Assembly (NCBI GenBank): GCA_002785215.1
Contig: PFMK01000091.1
Coordinates: forward strand, 1 to 43,281
Source: Candidatus Gottesmanbacteria bacterium CG_4_10_14_0_8_um_filter_37_24
Lineage (GTDB): Bacteria; Patescibacteriota; Microgenomatia; 2-02-FULL-39-11
Direction: 5' to 3'
DNA: 43,281 bases
Shown here in pieces: positions 8,031 to 17,754 of the stretch. The translations under genes were made by a program, and so were the position numbers. Position 1 is the first letter of the stretch. Each line of letters begins with the position of its first letter. A model generated the notes under the pieces. That model worked only from the letters and a program-made list of their open reading frames with translations. It did not search any database and had not been told where the DNA came from.

Positions 8031-10345
8031 TCGGAATATCCGCAGCTATAACATTTCTTGCATCCTTCCTCATACGCAAGCGCAGCCTCGCCACAAGAAG
8101 GACAAAGATCATATTCTGATTTCTCCACCGGAATAGCCTGTTGGGTCATAACCGATAAATTTGCCTGAACCGTCTCCGGTGAAGAAGGTTTATGCCCATT
8201 TTTTACTTTGTATCCAAAGTGCATTGCTAGTATTTTTGCCACAGCATCTGGAAGAGATCTTACTTTCTTATCACCAAAACCCAACGATTTTGATCCTCCT
8301 ATACCTATCAGCTGATTGAAAATCTGCTTGGCTCTTTCGCTGGTTGATACGTTCGATTGCATTCTAAGAACCAAAGAAGCAAGTCTCCCCATCGCTTCTG
8401 CCATTGCGGTTACGTCAGAACCTGCTTTTCCTACGTTAATAAACAATTCCATAGGTTCATTATTCCCGTTGGTATTGATGGTGACAAATGCCACTCCAAC
8501 TGGAGTATCTATTTGGTAAGTAGCTCCATGCACCATCATAGGTCTGGGCTTAATTTCTACAACTGCTTCCCCATTTGATTTAGGTTCTTTTTTCTCCTCT
8601 TTCTTGTCAACTATTTTTTCAAGCACACCTGGTCTGCTACCATCTCTCATATACGTCAACCCTTTGCATCCAAGGTCGTATGCAAGCGTATAAAGTTTTT
8701 TAACATCATCTATTGTATGGCTGCTTGGGGCGTTGACTGTTTTTGAGATTGAGGCATCTACATATTGCTGAATCGCTACCTGTACTTTTATATGTTCTTC
8801 CGGAGTTAAATCAGTGGCAGAAACAAAATATGAAGGAATTGGTTCGTCTGGATGTGTCTTTTTCCATTCTTCAAATAAAGGATGGAAAAGCCTGTGCTCT
8901 CCCAATCTGTCTCTTCTGATAAATGAAAATTCATAAACCGGTTCTATTCCTGAAGACACGCCCGACAGAAGCGAAGTGGATCCTGTAGGCGCTTGTTGGA
9001 GGAGAACTGAGTTTCTTATACCGTATTTTTTTATGTTGTCGCGGGTTTTTTTGGGAAGTTTTTTGATAAAATATCCCTTTAGATATTTACTTGCGTCAAA
9101 TTTTGGGAAGGGGCCTTTTTCTTTTGCAATTTCTATAGACGATTCGTAAGCTGCGTCTCTTACCGTCTTATATATCTTGTCAATGATTATGAGAGATTCC
9201 GGTGAACCGTATCTTATTTTCATCTTTATTAAAGCGTCACCAAGACCCATTGTTCCTAGTCCTATTCTTCTTTCACCGTTCTGTTGAACTTCTTTTATTT
9301 GCGGAAAAATATAAGTATCCGCATCAATGACATTATCCTGGAAACGAACTCCTATTTTGGCAATTTCCTCAAGTCTCTTAAAGTCAAATTTTCCATTATT
9401 TACAAGTGCTGCCAAATTAATCGAACAGAGATTACAAACCCCCCAGGCTGGTAATCCTTCTTCTCCGCATGGATTGACACAATTCACTTTGTTGAAATAC
9501 CAATTGTTAAACCATTTATTATATCTTTCCATAAACACAATCCCCGGCTCCGCAGAACTCCATGCCGCTTCACAAATAAGATCCCATATTTTTCTGGCTT
9601 TTACTGTTTTATATACCTTTACCTTCTTCCCCATTTTTTTCCAGTCATCTAGATACCCATCCCAGACTTGATCATAATCCTTATCATTTATATCAGGAAA
9701 CACCAGATCCCAATCAGCATTTTTTTTGACTGCTTCCATAAATTTGTCTGAAACACAAACTGACAGATTGGCCCCGTTTATTCTCCGCAGATCCTTTTTT
9801 ACGGTAATAAACTCTTCTATGTCCGGATGCCAATCCCACAACATCAGCATTAATGCGCCTCTTCTTGTACCGCCCTGCTGAATTATATCTTTGGTCGCAA
9901 CAGAAAAAAGTTCTGCCCAATTGCACGGACCGGAAGAAAAACCATTCACTTTTTTGACTCTGGCACCTCTGGGCCGAAGTGAGGAAAAATTTATTCCCAC
10001 TCCTCCACCTCTTGCCATAATCTCTACCATTTGCTTAAGATTATCTAAGATTCCGTCTCTGGAATCTTTAGGAGAAGGAATGACAAAACAATTATAGTAA
10101 GTTACTTTGTAACCGGTACCTGCCCCCGACAAAATCCTGCCCCCGGGTACGAATTGGAAATCCTCCATCACGTTATAAAATTTCTTTTCCCATAAATCCC
10201 GTACCTTCTCGTTTTCAATCTTGGCAATACAATTGGCGACTCTTTTCCACATTTGTAGAGGATTTTTCTCAACGGGTATGCCTTTTTCGTTTTTGAGAGA
10301 GTATCTGTCTAAAAATACTTGCTGGCGGATTCCTGTCAGTGTCAT
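8024..10345 (-). CDS. nrdJ: Class II (adenosylcobalamin-dependent) ribonucleotide reductase
   Basis: 773 aa. The N-terminus VFLDRYSLK..., the GGGVGINFSSLRPRGA motif, the NPCGE catalytic-Cys region and the C-terminal Cys-rich tail CPSCG...CKKCYSCGYSEC are all typical of NrdJ. Confidence 0.92.
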   Translation of the reverse strand: MTLTGIRQQVFLDRYSLKNEKGIPVEKNPLQMWKRVANCIAKIENEKVRDLWEKKFYNVMEDFQFVPGGRILSGAGTGYKVTYYNCFVIPSPKDSRDGILDNLKQMVEIMARGGGVGINFSSLRPRGARVKKVNGFSSGPCNWAELFSVATKDIIQQGGTRRGALMLMLWDWHPDIEEFITVKKDLRRINGANLSVCVSDKFMEAVKKNADWDLVFPDINDKDYDQVWDGYLDDWKKMGKKVKVYKTVKARKIWDLICEAAWSSAEPGIVFMERYNKWFNNWYFNKVNCVNPCGEEGLPAWGVCNLCSINLAALVNNGKFDFKRLEEIAKIGVRFQDNVIDADTYIFPQIKEVQQNGERRIGLGTMGLGDALIKMKIRYGSPESLIIIDKIYKTVRDAAYESSIEIAKEKGPFPKFDASKYLKGYFIKKLPKKTRDNIKKYGIRNSVLLQQAPTGSTSLLSGVSSGIEPVYEFSFIRRDRLGEHRLFHPLFEEWKKTHPDEPIPSYFVSATDLTPEEHIKVQVAIQQYVDASISKTVNAPSSHTIDDVKKLYTLAYDLGCKGLTYMRDGSRPGVLEKIVDKKEEKKEPKSNGEAVVEIKPRPMMVHGATYQIDTPVGVAFVTINTNGNNEPMELFINVGKAGSDVTAMAEAMGRLASLVLRMQSNVSTSERAKQIFNQLIGIGGSKSLGFGDKKVRSLPDAVAKILAMHFGYKVKNGHKPSSPETVQANLSVMTQQAIPVEKSEYDLCPSCGEAALAYEEGCKKCYSCGYSEC

Positions 10346-10381
10346 ATGTATTTATCTAAAAAATATTAATGATAAATTTCT

Positions 10382-10828
10382 TTATAACAGTTTATTTAAT
10401 TCTTTTTCGAAGTCCTCAACATCAACAAATCTTCTGAATACCGAAGCAAATCTGATATAGGCTACTTTATCTATCTTTTTTAATCTCCCGGCAATTAACT
10501 GACCGATTTTTTTACTTTCTATTTCTACTGAATCAAATCCCCGCATTTCTCTTTCCACTTCATCTGCAATTGTCTCAATATCTTCAATACCAACCATCGT
10601 TTTTTCGCAAGCCTTTAGCATACCGTGTTTTAATTTATCTCTATCAAACTGTTCTTTTTTTCCATCCTTTTTGATTACTATGAGCGGAACGTTTTCTATT
10701 CTCTCGTAAGTCGTAAATCTCTTATTACAAATACTGCATTCTCTTCTTCTTCTGGTGGTTCCTAAATCTTCACTGTCGCGTGTTTCTACTACTTCTGTGT
10801 CTTTATGGTTGCAATATGGGCATTTCAT
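10382..10828 (-). CDS. nrdR: NrdR transcriptional repressor (Zn-ribbon + ATP-cone)
   Basis: MKCPYCNHKDTEVVETRDSEDLGTTRRRRECSICNKRFTTYERIE is the canonical NrdR N-terminus. An ATP-cone follows. Confidence 0.93.
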   Translation of the reverse strand: MKCPYCNHKDTEVVETRDSEDLGTTRRRRECSICNKRFTTYERIENVPLIVIKKDGKKEQFDRDKLKHGMLKACEKTMVGIEDIETIADEVEREMRGFDSVEIESKKIGQLIAGRLKKIDKVAYIRFASVFRRFVDVEDFEKELNKLL

Positions 10829-10880
10829 CTTTTTTTGATAATTGTCGAATATTAGATTATTAAAATTTTGGCCATAAAAA

Positions 10881-10956
10881 ACACGCTTAGGTGTGAAAAC
10901 ATAAAAGCGCTATCTATAGTGTCCGATGAAATATTAAGACACTACATATCTTGTGT
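10881..10956 (-). promoter_or_regulatory. Putative NrdR operator region (three ACAC...GTGT palindromes)
   Basis: The palindromes are acacgcttaggtgt (10881-10894), gcgctatctatagtgt (10907-10922) and acactacatatcttgtgt (10939-10956), upstream of nrdR. The last two have AT-rich cores resembling the NrdR-box consensus acaCwAtATaTwgtgt. Their centres are about 33 bp apart. Confidence 0.5.
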
Positions 10957-11109
10957 CAAGATATCAAAATGTAACATTGCATAGCAGTTTTTTTTATAGC
11001 CTCGACTATTTGATTCGACATAAGAAAAATTTTATTTTGGGATTTGAAATTATCAAAATTGTTCATTAATACGGGATATGAAATAAAAAGTGATCAATTG
11101 AGTAATTAT

Positions 11110-11664
11110 TTACTTTATTGTGGTGATTTGTTGACTTGCCTGATGATTGATACTTAAGACGTTATTTAGCTTATTTAACATACCACTCTCTGAAGTAGTC
11201 GTGAGAATATTTTTAATAACCTCTTCATGCTTTTTGGCAGCAAGTTTAATCTTGTCTGTGAACCCGGGAGGTAAGGTTTCTCCATTTTGATTTTTCAGAA
11301 GAACTAATATTGAATTGAGTAAATGACTTTCTCCCTTTTCTAAAGATTTTACGCTCTCATCATAGTTCTTACTCTCCCATAACATTTGACCCATAACCAA
11401 ACTTTTATCTGATAACAGTAGATATAGATTTGACTTCTCATTTGTCTTCCTTGTGATTATGATAAGTATCTTGTCGCGTAACTCTTTCAGGAAAAATAAA
11501 GGATGATTCGGAAGAATCCCCGGGTAAGGCAGAACATACACAATCGTCGGAACTGGGATTGAGGACATGTTATCTGGTTTTTGCGCTTCCTGGGCATTGA
11601 CTGCCTCCTGAAACAAAATTAAGGAAAATAAGATTAATAATATGAAAGTTAATACATGCTTCAT
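11110..11664 (-). CDS. Secreted hypothetical protein
   Basis: 184-aa ORF with signal peptide MKHVLTFILLILFSLILFQEAVNA. The remainder is helical and I recognised no motif. Confidence 0.55.
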   Translation of the reverse strand: MKHVLTFILLILFSLILFQEAVNAQEAQKPDNMSSIPVPTIVYVLPYPGILPNHPLFFLKELRDKILIIITRKTNEKSNLYLLLSDKSLVMGQMLWESKNYDESVKSLEKGESHLLNSILVLLKNQNGETLPPGFTDKIKLAAKKHEEVIKNILTTTSESGMLNKLNNVLSINHQASQQITTIK

Positions 11665-11851
11665 GGGAATTTCAGATATCCTTATTATATACCATTTGCT
11701 CCTTCAGATAAAATTTATCAATCTGGCTGTATACTTCTCTACTGGAAGTCCACTTGCTTTCAAAATACAATAAGAAGGGTATATCTAGCATATAGTTACT
11801 AATCTGAAGGCTTGTTAGTATTTCTTTCAACAATATAATAGAGATATTAAT

Positions 11852-13450
11852 ATGAATAATGAAGAATTATTGGATGTCTCAATTAGCGACCTTACGGTCG
11901 ATTTGGAAGAAAGGCTTTCCATTTTAAAGAATAATCTTGCTTTATTAAATCAATTTTCTTCAAAATTGAACCTGCTTAAGATACAGCTCCTACAGAAATC
12001 TTATAAAGATGTGGATCGGAATATCAAATTTCTGAAAGAAAAATATTCAGAATCTCTTACGATATACAAGCAATTTCATAAGACAATCGAAGGAAGAAAT
12101 AATAAATTGTTTCTCATAAACAGTCTGAGAAATAAAAAAAGAGAATTGTCGGAATTTATAAGAACCCATCAAAGCATCCTTGGATCCCTTCTCACCTCTG
12201 CAGATTGGCAATCCCCTTCTTATAGCTACTCAATATATCCTTTGTCCGGGACTCAGGAAGGAAAAATACTTGGTACAATCAATGACTATAAAAGAGATGT
12301 TCATCTAGATGAAGAAGACTTCGAAAATAATTTCGTGAAGGAGTATGTTGACCGTCGTGCAGATCAAAAGATCCAAGCTTTATTGACAAACAGCGGTATG
12401 GCCGCCTTCACAACTATATTGAACTTTCTTCTGTCAGAAAAAAAGACAGAAGGTACGATTCTGATCGGAAAATCCGTCTATTTTCAATATAAACAAATAA
12501 TAAGCAAAAGCTTTTATAGGAGCGTCATTGAGATTAGTGAAGTGGATACTGATAGACTCATCAAAACAATCTTCACCCGAAAGCCTAAGGTGGTCTATAT
12601 CGATTCCCTTTCTAACTCTATAGACATACCTGTGCCCGATCTGAAATGGATTTTCGAAAGTGTGGTAAAAAGCTATAAAGAAGAAATCTATTTTATTATT
12701 GATAACACCTGTCTTTCGAAAACATGTCAACCATATAAATTAATACCACATCACTGTAATAATCTACATCTCATTATTTTCGAAAGCCTGATGAAGTATG
12801 TACACCTAGGTCTGGATAAAATAACAGCAGGAATTATACTTTCAAAAGGGCAGGACTCATCAAAAATATTTGAATACAGAAAACATTCCGGCACTAATAT
12901 TCTCGACAGTTCAGTATATGTGATACCAAGACCAAACCGCCTGATTCTCTCAAAAAGGCTTGACAGATTCCAAAGAAATGCTTTTTTTCTGGCCACTAGT
13001 CTGCAGGAATTCGTCGATAATAATGAAAATTGTCCTCTAAAAAAGATCATCTATCCCGGCCTTTCGAACCATCCATCCTACCCATGGTCTCGAAAAATGA
13101 GCTTTCAAGGTAGTTTCGTAAACCTATTATTTCGTGAAGAGTTTGACAGTATCAGTCAGCATAAAAAATTTATTGACCAGGCGATCAAAGAGGCAAAAAA
13201 AAGAAATGTGGAACTTGTAGCCGGTACCAGTTTTGGTTTGGATATTACCAGGATTTATCTTACCTCTCTATGGACAGATTTTGGAAGGCCTTTCATAAGA
13301 ATTGCCGTCGGGACTGAGGACATGATGATGATGGGTGAAATTGCCCATGTGATAATAAGTACTTTGTCACACTTCAGAAGTATCGTTCCCTCTTCAGTTC
13401 TAAGGACTATAAACAGAACAAAAAAAAGAACAGGCCTAAAATATCTATAA
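11852..13450 (+). CDS. PLP-dependent enzyme of the Cys/Met-metabolism (fold type I) family with a ~150-aa coiled-coil N-terminal extension
   Basis: The core shows LLTNSGMAAFTTIL, DNTCLS and FESLMKY (candidate PLP lysine), in the order seen in cystathionine synthase/lyase-like enzymes. The N-terminal 150 aa are heptad-like and charged. Confidence 0.55.
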   Translation: MNNEELLDVSISDLTVDLEERLSILKNNLALLNQFSSKLNLLKIQLLQKSYKDVDRNIKFLKEKYSESLTIYKQFHKTIEGRNNKLFLINSLRNKKRELSEFIRTHQSILGSLLTSADWQSPSYSYSIYPLSGTQEGKILGTINDYKRDVHLDEEDFENNFVKEYVDRRADQKIQALLTNSGMAAFTTILNFLLSEKKTEGTILIGKSVYFQYKQIISKSFYRSVIEISEVDTDRLIKTIFTRKPKVVYIDSLSNSIDIPVPDLKWIFESVVKSYKEEIYFIIDNTCLSKTCQPYKLIPHHCNNLHLIIFESLMKYVHLGLDKITAGIILSKGQDSSKIFEYRKHSGTNILDSSVYVIPRPNRLILSKRLDRFQRNAFFLATSLQEFVDNNENCPLKKIIYPGLSNHPSYPWSRKMSFQGSFVNLLFREEFDSISQHKKFIDQAIKEAKKRNVELVAGTSFGLDITRIYLTSLWTDFGRPFIRIAVGTEDMMMMGEIAHVIISTLSHFRSIVPSSVLRTINRTKKRTGLKYL

Positions 13451-14413
13451 TTTCCCACCCATGTCCTTCAACTCTAATCCTTCGTATCCTATACAAAAAA
13501 GCGTCTCATTTTCTCTGCATATCATCCCATATTTACTCCATAAATACTCGCCATCTACCGTCGAAACAACGTCTTTCAAATGATCTCCTGCTAGGGATCG
13601 GATTTCCCCTATTTTTTGATTTTTGAAAATATTTTTATTTTTTATCTCCGCTGGGATCCATATACCTGCCCTATCAGTGCGATACTCCACAATTTTTCTA
13701 TATACTTTGGAATGAATATTTTTGTTTTTTCTTATTCCAATCATTCCGAGTACTCCCATTATCCTTTTTGTCCACTCCAAGTGTTTGCTTATTGATGCTT
13801 TATCTCTCCTGCCCAAACAGCCTGCTTCTGCCATAACGTAACCAATATTTTGCCCTGCCAGGATTTCAGCTTTTTGACAAATATTTTTTTTCAGGAAAAC
13901 TATTTTTTTTGCGGAGGTCGCCATGATAAGCGATTTCATAAGGATATTCAGCTTTTCATTTCCCGTTTCGTAAAAAAAAATGAACGGATCCAGCTTTTCA
14001 TCTGTCGCGCCTCCGTGAAGATCAAGCCAAAAATCCGCATTTTTTATATAATTTGTATCCAGCCAGTAAATCAATCTTTCCGTAGGACTGCCTTTTATAT
14101 TTCCAGGATAAATATGCTTCGGATACTTGTTATCCAGCGGATTGACGCCTGATCTATTTTCAAAACCGGGAATATTTAGTACAGGGAAAATAATTAGTCT
14201 TCCCCGAAATTTATTATTTTTATATAGTTCTATCAGTCTGTATGCCGCTTCAATACCGGCATACTCATCACCATCTGACCCTGCTGTAATAATAAGAGTA
14301 CGTCCTGGTTTTTCACCCGTGATCATAGCAACTGGAATTCTCACTTTCCTGACCCCCAAATCAGCGGCGGCGAGGATAATCCGATGATTATTTGTTTTTA
14401 ATGAATCAGACAT
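13445..14413 (-). CDS. Succinylglutamate desuccinylase/aspartoacylase (AstE/AspA, M14-like) family protein
   Basis: TAGSDGDEYAGIEAAYRL occupies the position of the HGNE.G metal motif, and WLDLHGG follows. Length is 322 aa. The gene is convergent with the PLP enzyme gene and overlaps it by 6 nt. Confidence 0.6.
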   Translation of the reverse strand: MSDSLKTNNHRIILAAADLGVRKVRIPVAMITGEKPGRTLIITAGSDGDEYAGIEAAYRLIELYKNNKFRGRLIIFPVLNIPGFENRSGVNPLDNKYPKHIYPGNIKGSPTERLIYWLDTNYIKNADFWLDLHGGATDEKLDPFIFFYETGNEKLNILMKSLIMATSAKKIVFLKKNICQKAEILAGQNIGYVMAEAGCLGRRDKASISKHLEWTKRIMGVLGMIGIRKNKNIHSKVYRKIVEYRTDRAGIWIPAEIKNKNIFKNQKIGEIRSLAGDHLKDVVSTVDGEYLWSKYGMICRENETLFCIGYEGLELKDMGGKL

Positions 14414-14491
14414 CGTAATGAAGGTTATATCTAAGTTTCATAAATGTATATACTGGAACACACTTAAGTTGTTTTGGTATATTTGAAGAAA

Positions 14492-15283
14492 TTATGACAG
14501 AATATTGGTCAAAAGAAAAATAATCAGGGAAATAACTACAATTGTACCCCCGCTTGCCAGATCAAAATAATAGGAGGTAAATAATCCTATTGTCACGGCA
14601 AGTATAGAAAAAACAACGGATAATATCAGTGTCAGCATAAAACTTCTTCTAAACTGGAAAGCGGTAAGAACCGGGATCACCATCAGAGCACCGATAAGAA
14701 GTATACCTACTACCCTCATCGATAAGGTGATTGTTATCCCTGCCAAAACTACCAGGATAGTATTAAGAAGATTTACCGGAATTCCACTGGCTCTGGCTAG
14801 CTCCTCATCTAAAGAAATCAGAAAAAAACCTTTATACAATAAGCCTATTGAGGTAAGCACCAAAAGTCCAAGCCCTAATATAAATAATAAATCCAAAGAG
14901 GACACTGTGGAGATGCTGCCAAATAAGTAACTTCCAATATTGACGTTTATTCCTTTGACAATAGAGAATATAACTACAGCCAACGCCAGACTACCGGAAA
15001 GAAAAAGAGCTAGTACAGATTCACCCATAATTTTTTTGGATGCTCTTAGTTTCTCTATTCCAACTGCTGCTAAAATAGACACGATTATAGCCGTAAAGAA
15101 AGGATAGATTTTCGTCAGAAATCCTATCGCAGTACCCAGAAGCGATACATGAGCCAGGGTATCTGCCATTAAAGAATAACGCCTTACCACGAGGAAAATA
15201 CCAATAAGCGGCGCGATAACAGCAATCATCAGACCTGCCATGAAAGCTCGGATCATGAAATCATATTGAAAAATTTCCAGCAT
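14492..15283 (-). CDS. Metal (Zn/Mn-type) ABC transporter permease
   Basis: 263 aa and very hydrophobic. The ADTLAHVSLLG motif is typical of the ZnuB/TroC/MntB family. Confidence 0.85.
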   Translation of the reverse strand: MLEIFQYDFMIRAFMAGLMIAVIAPLIGIFLVVRRYSLMADTLAHVSLLGTAIGFLTKIYPFFTAIIVSILAAVGIEKLRASKKIMGESVLALFLSGSLALAVVIFSIVKGINVNIGSYLFGSISTVSSLDLLFILGLGLLVLTSIGLLYKGFFLISLDEELARASGIPVNLLNTILVVLAGITITLSMRVVGILLIGALMVIPVLTAFQFRRSFMLTLILSVVFSILAVTIGLFTSYYFDLASGGTIVVISLIIFLLTNILS

Positions 15284-15284
15284 A

Positions 15285-16037
15285 TTATTTATGAATTACT
15301 TTTTTCATGTTGTCTCCATATAGCTCTTCAAGATATGAACCTTTATCGAGTTCTTTTGAAAGCGTATGGCAGACAAGCTTGCGGTTTAAACAAAGTACAT
15401 ATTTTGCCTTTTGGGAAATCGCGTCAATATCATGCGAAACAAAAATAATTGTTAGACCAAAGTCACGGTTCAGATATTCCAATAAATTGAAAAAATTGTC
15501 CTTTGCTGTCATATCAACTCCCATTGTCGGCTCGTCAAGTATGAGAATTTTTGGTTCCCCGGCAAGAGCGCGTGCTATAAATACGCGCTGTCTCTCACCT
15601 CCGGAAAGGTCGGAAAGCAAACGGTCTTTAAGATTGTCAATCTTTGAAATAACCATTACTTCTCTTATTTTATTTATATCTTTCTTCTCTAATCTCTTTA
15701 AAATACCTACTTTTGCAAATCTGCCGCTTGCTACCACTTCCCATACTGTTACCGGAAACTGAGTATCTATTTGGGCAATCTTTTGGGGAACGTAACCCAC
15801 CTCGTATTTTCTCTTATATAACTTACTATTTTGCCCGAATATTTTTATTTCTCCCGAAGTCGGGGCAGTCAGTCCGAGAATAACCTTAAGTAGAGTTGTT
15901 TTTCCTGCTCCGTTTGGACCGATTAAAGCCACATAATCGCCCTGATTTATGGAAAAACTGATATTTTCCAAAACTGTCTGGTTTTGATATTTGACTTCTA
16001 TGTTTTTTACTTCTATGGCTTTTATTGCTTGTTTCAT
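15285..16037 (-). CDS. Metal ABC transporter ATP-binding protein
   Basis: Walker A GPNGAGKTT, signature LSGGERQR and Walker B ILILDEP. It sits between the permease and binding-protein genes. Confidence 0.88.
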   Translation of the reverse strand: MKQAIKAIEVKNIEVKYQNQTVLENISFSINQGDYVALIGPNGAGKTTLLKVILGLTAPTSGEIKIFGQNSKLYKRKYEVGYVPQKIAQIDTQFPVTVWEVVASGRFAKVGILKRLEKKDINKIREVMVISKIDNLKDRLLSDLSGGERQRVFIARALAGEPKILILDEPTMGVDMTAKDNFFNLLEYLNRDFGLTIIFVSHDIDAISQKAKYVLCLNRKLVCHTLSKELDKGSYLEELYGDNMKKVIHK

Positions 16038-16942
16038 TTGCAGGAAAGGGCAAGTTTTAGATTAATAATATTATCTTCCATAAGGGAAATGTAATCCTTG
16101 TTTTGGGCAATTTCTTCACTGGTCAAACTCTCAACCGGGTTCAAAACCAGCGTCTTGGCTCCCACTTCTTTAGCCAAAGTCTCCGATAATTTTGGACTCA
16201 CCAGAGTCTCAAAGAAAATATATTTGATATTTTTCTCCTTGGCTAATTTTGCTGTTTCACCAATACTTCTCGGCGAAGGTTCCTGATCAGGTGAGATACC
16301 CGCAATAGACAGCGTCTGGAAATTATATCTTTTTGATAAGTACGAAAAAGCATTATGAGATACGATTATCTCATTTCTACTGCAGTCTCCCAACCCAACT
16401 ATCATCTCTTTATTTAGAATATCCAGTTTACTAATGTACTCATGGCTCTTTTCCTGATAGTAGTTTTCGTTACTTTTATCAATTTTTATTAATGCCTCAG
16501 AAATCAACTCCATCTCTCTTTTGGCGTTGACAGGATCGACCCAAACATGAGGATCGGTAACAGTCTTGTCCTTATCTGTCTTCAGAAGATCAAAATAATC
16601 AGACATTTTTAATATAACAACTCCTTTACCTTCTAAATCGTCAACGATTTTATCAGCCCAAGGTTCAAAACCGGCTCCGTTATAAATAAAGAGGTTTGAA
16701 TTATAAATTCTACCTATATCTGAAGGACTTGGTTCAAAGTCATGCGGCTCAATTCCCATAGGCAGTATTTGTACCACATCGATTTTATTACCGCCTGCCT
16801 GCTCGGCAAAATGAGCCAAAGGATAGAAACTCGCACTCACTCTTATTTTCCCTTTAACATTTTCCCTATTTGATTTTCCTGTAAGTAATAATACCCCAGC
16901 TATACCTACCAATATCACTAGAAATAAAATTAACTTCTTCAT
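16034..16942 (-). CDS. Metal ABC transporter substrate-binding protein (ZnuA/TroA family)
   Basis: N-terminal anchor, then EPHDFEPSP, DPHVW and VSHNAF motifs characteristic of cluster A-I metal-binding proteins. It overlaps the ATPase gene by 4 nt. Confidence 0.85.
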   Translation of the reverse strand: MKKLILFLVILVGIAGVLLLTGKSNRENVKGKIRVSASFYPLAHFAEQAGGNKIDVVQILPMGIEPHDFEPSPSDIGRIYNSNLFIYNGAGFEPWADKIVDDLEGKGVVILKMSDYFDLLKTDKDKTVTDPHVWVDPVNAKREMELISEALIKIDKSNENYYQEKSHEYISKLDILNKEMIVGLGDCSRNEIIVSHNAFSYLSKRYNFQTLSIAGISPDQEPSPRSIGETAKLAKEKNIKYIFFETLVSPKLSETLAKEVGAKTLVLNPVESLTSEEIAQNKDYISLMEDNIINLKLALSCK

Positions 16943-16978
16943 ATTTTTATAAGCTATTTACCCCAGTACCAGACAAGT

Positions 16979-17476
16979 TTAACTTGTCGGTACAGGGTTT
17001 CGCCTCTTTATATCAGGAAGTCCCGTGCTTTCAGCCCGGGAAGGCTCACATTTATTACAGATGCCAATAAATTCCAATGAATGTTCGATTATATGAAATT
17101 CATTCTCTTTTATGATATTTTCTTCGAGCTGATTGACAGTTTTTTCCAATGCGCTGGAGACAACCGGAGTAATTTTGTTGCACATCTGACAGACTGCATG
17201 ATGATGGTGATTGTCCTTAAGCTGAATCTCGTAACGCATTTTCCCGTCTTTGAACTGAATTTCCTTGACGATCCTTTCTTTGACTAATGTGTTTATTTCC
17301 CGGTAAACGGTGGTTTTATTTACAATCATCCCCTTTTTTATTAAGAGTCGATTAAGTTCAAAAACGTCAACCGGTTGCCCTGCTATTAACAAGAGATTTA
17401 TGATAATTTTTCTTGCATTGGTAAGCCTGTAGCCTTTTGACTTTAGGTTCTTCAAAATCATTTGTATATTATTCAT
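16979..17476 (-). CDS. Fur-family metalloregulator (Zur-like)
   Basis: A wHTH (RLTNARKIIINLL...TVYREINTL) is followed by HHHHAVCQMCNKI and CNKC metal sites. The ORF track extends to 17557, but that extension overlaps the operator/promoter and a palindromic element, so I prefer the start at M28 (17474-17476). Confidence 0.8.
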   Translation of the reverse strand: MNNIQMILKNLKSKGYRLTNARKIIINLLLIAGQPVDVFELNRLLIKKGMIVNKTTVYREINTLVKERIVKEIQFKDGKMRYEIQLKDNHHHHAVCQMCNKITPVVSSALEKTVNQLEENIIKENEFHIIEHSLEFIGICNKCEPSRAESTGLPDIKRRNPVPTS

Positions 17477-17483
17477 TAAGCAT

Positions 17484-17512
17484 ATTTTAATGCAACTAAG
17501 TTGCAATTGCAA
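17484..17512 (-). promoter_or_regulatory. Predicted promoter with an embedded Fur/Zur-box palindrome
   Basis: The minus strand reads TTGCAA(-35)-TTGCAACTTAGTTGCAT-TAAAAT(-10)-ATGCTTA-ATG. The 17-nt spacer contains a perfect 7-1-7 inverted repeat, TGCAACT-t-AGTTGCA (17491-17505). The -10 element lies 7 nt from the ATG, which implies a leaderless or near-leaderless mRNA. Confidence 0.5.
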
Positions 17513-17552
17513 GAAATGATAATTCCTCGACAGGTTGACGGGGGTATCAGTC

Positions 17553-17664
17553 GTCATTCCGAGCGTAACAAAGTGAAGTCGAGAAATCCTCCAACACTCA
17601 GATCGTGGAAGATCCCTCCACGCGCTTCGGAACGTCTAACGTTCCTTCGCTTGGTCGGGATGAC
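17553..17664. repeat. Imperfect long palindromic (REP/MITE-like) intergenic element
   Basis: The arms gtcattccgagcg... (17553-) and ...cgcttggtcgggatgac (-17664) are inverted complements. The GC-rich interior stands out from the AT-rich flanks. Confidence 0.5.
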
Positions 17665-17754
17665 TTTCTTAAGTAGCACGCTGTGAGGAATTACTACTCT
17701 GCGGTATCCTTGAAATTAATATTAATCTGCTGATAAAAAAAGAGGTAGAGCTGA

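Noticed and set aside
16979-17557. Full-length 192-aa version of the Fur-family ORF
   Set aside because: The first 27 codons overlap the palindromic operator, the predicted promoter and the REP-like element, and they encode non-Fur-like sequence. The start at 17476 gives a normal-length Fur protein.
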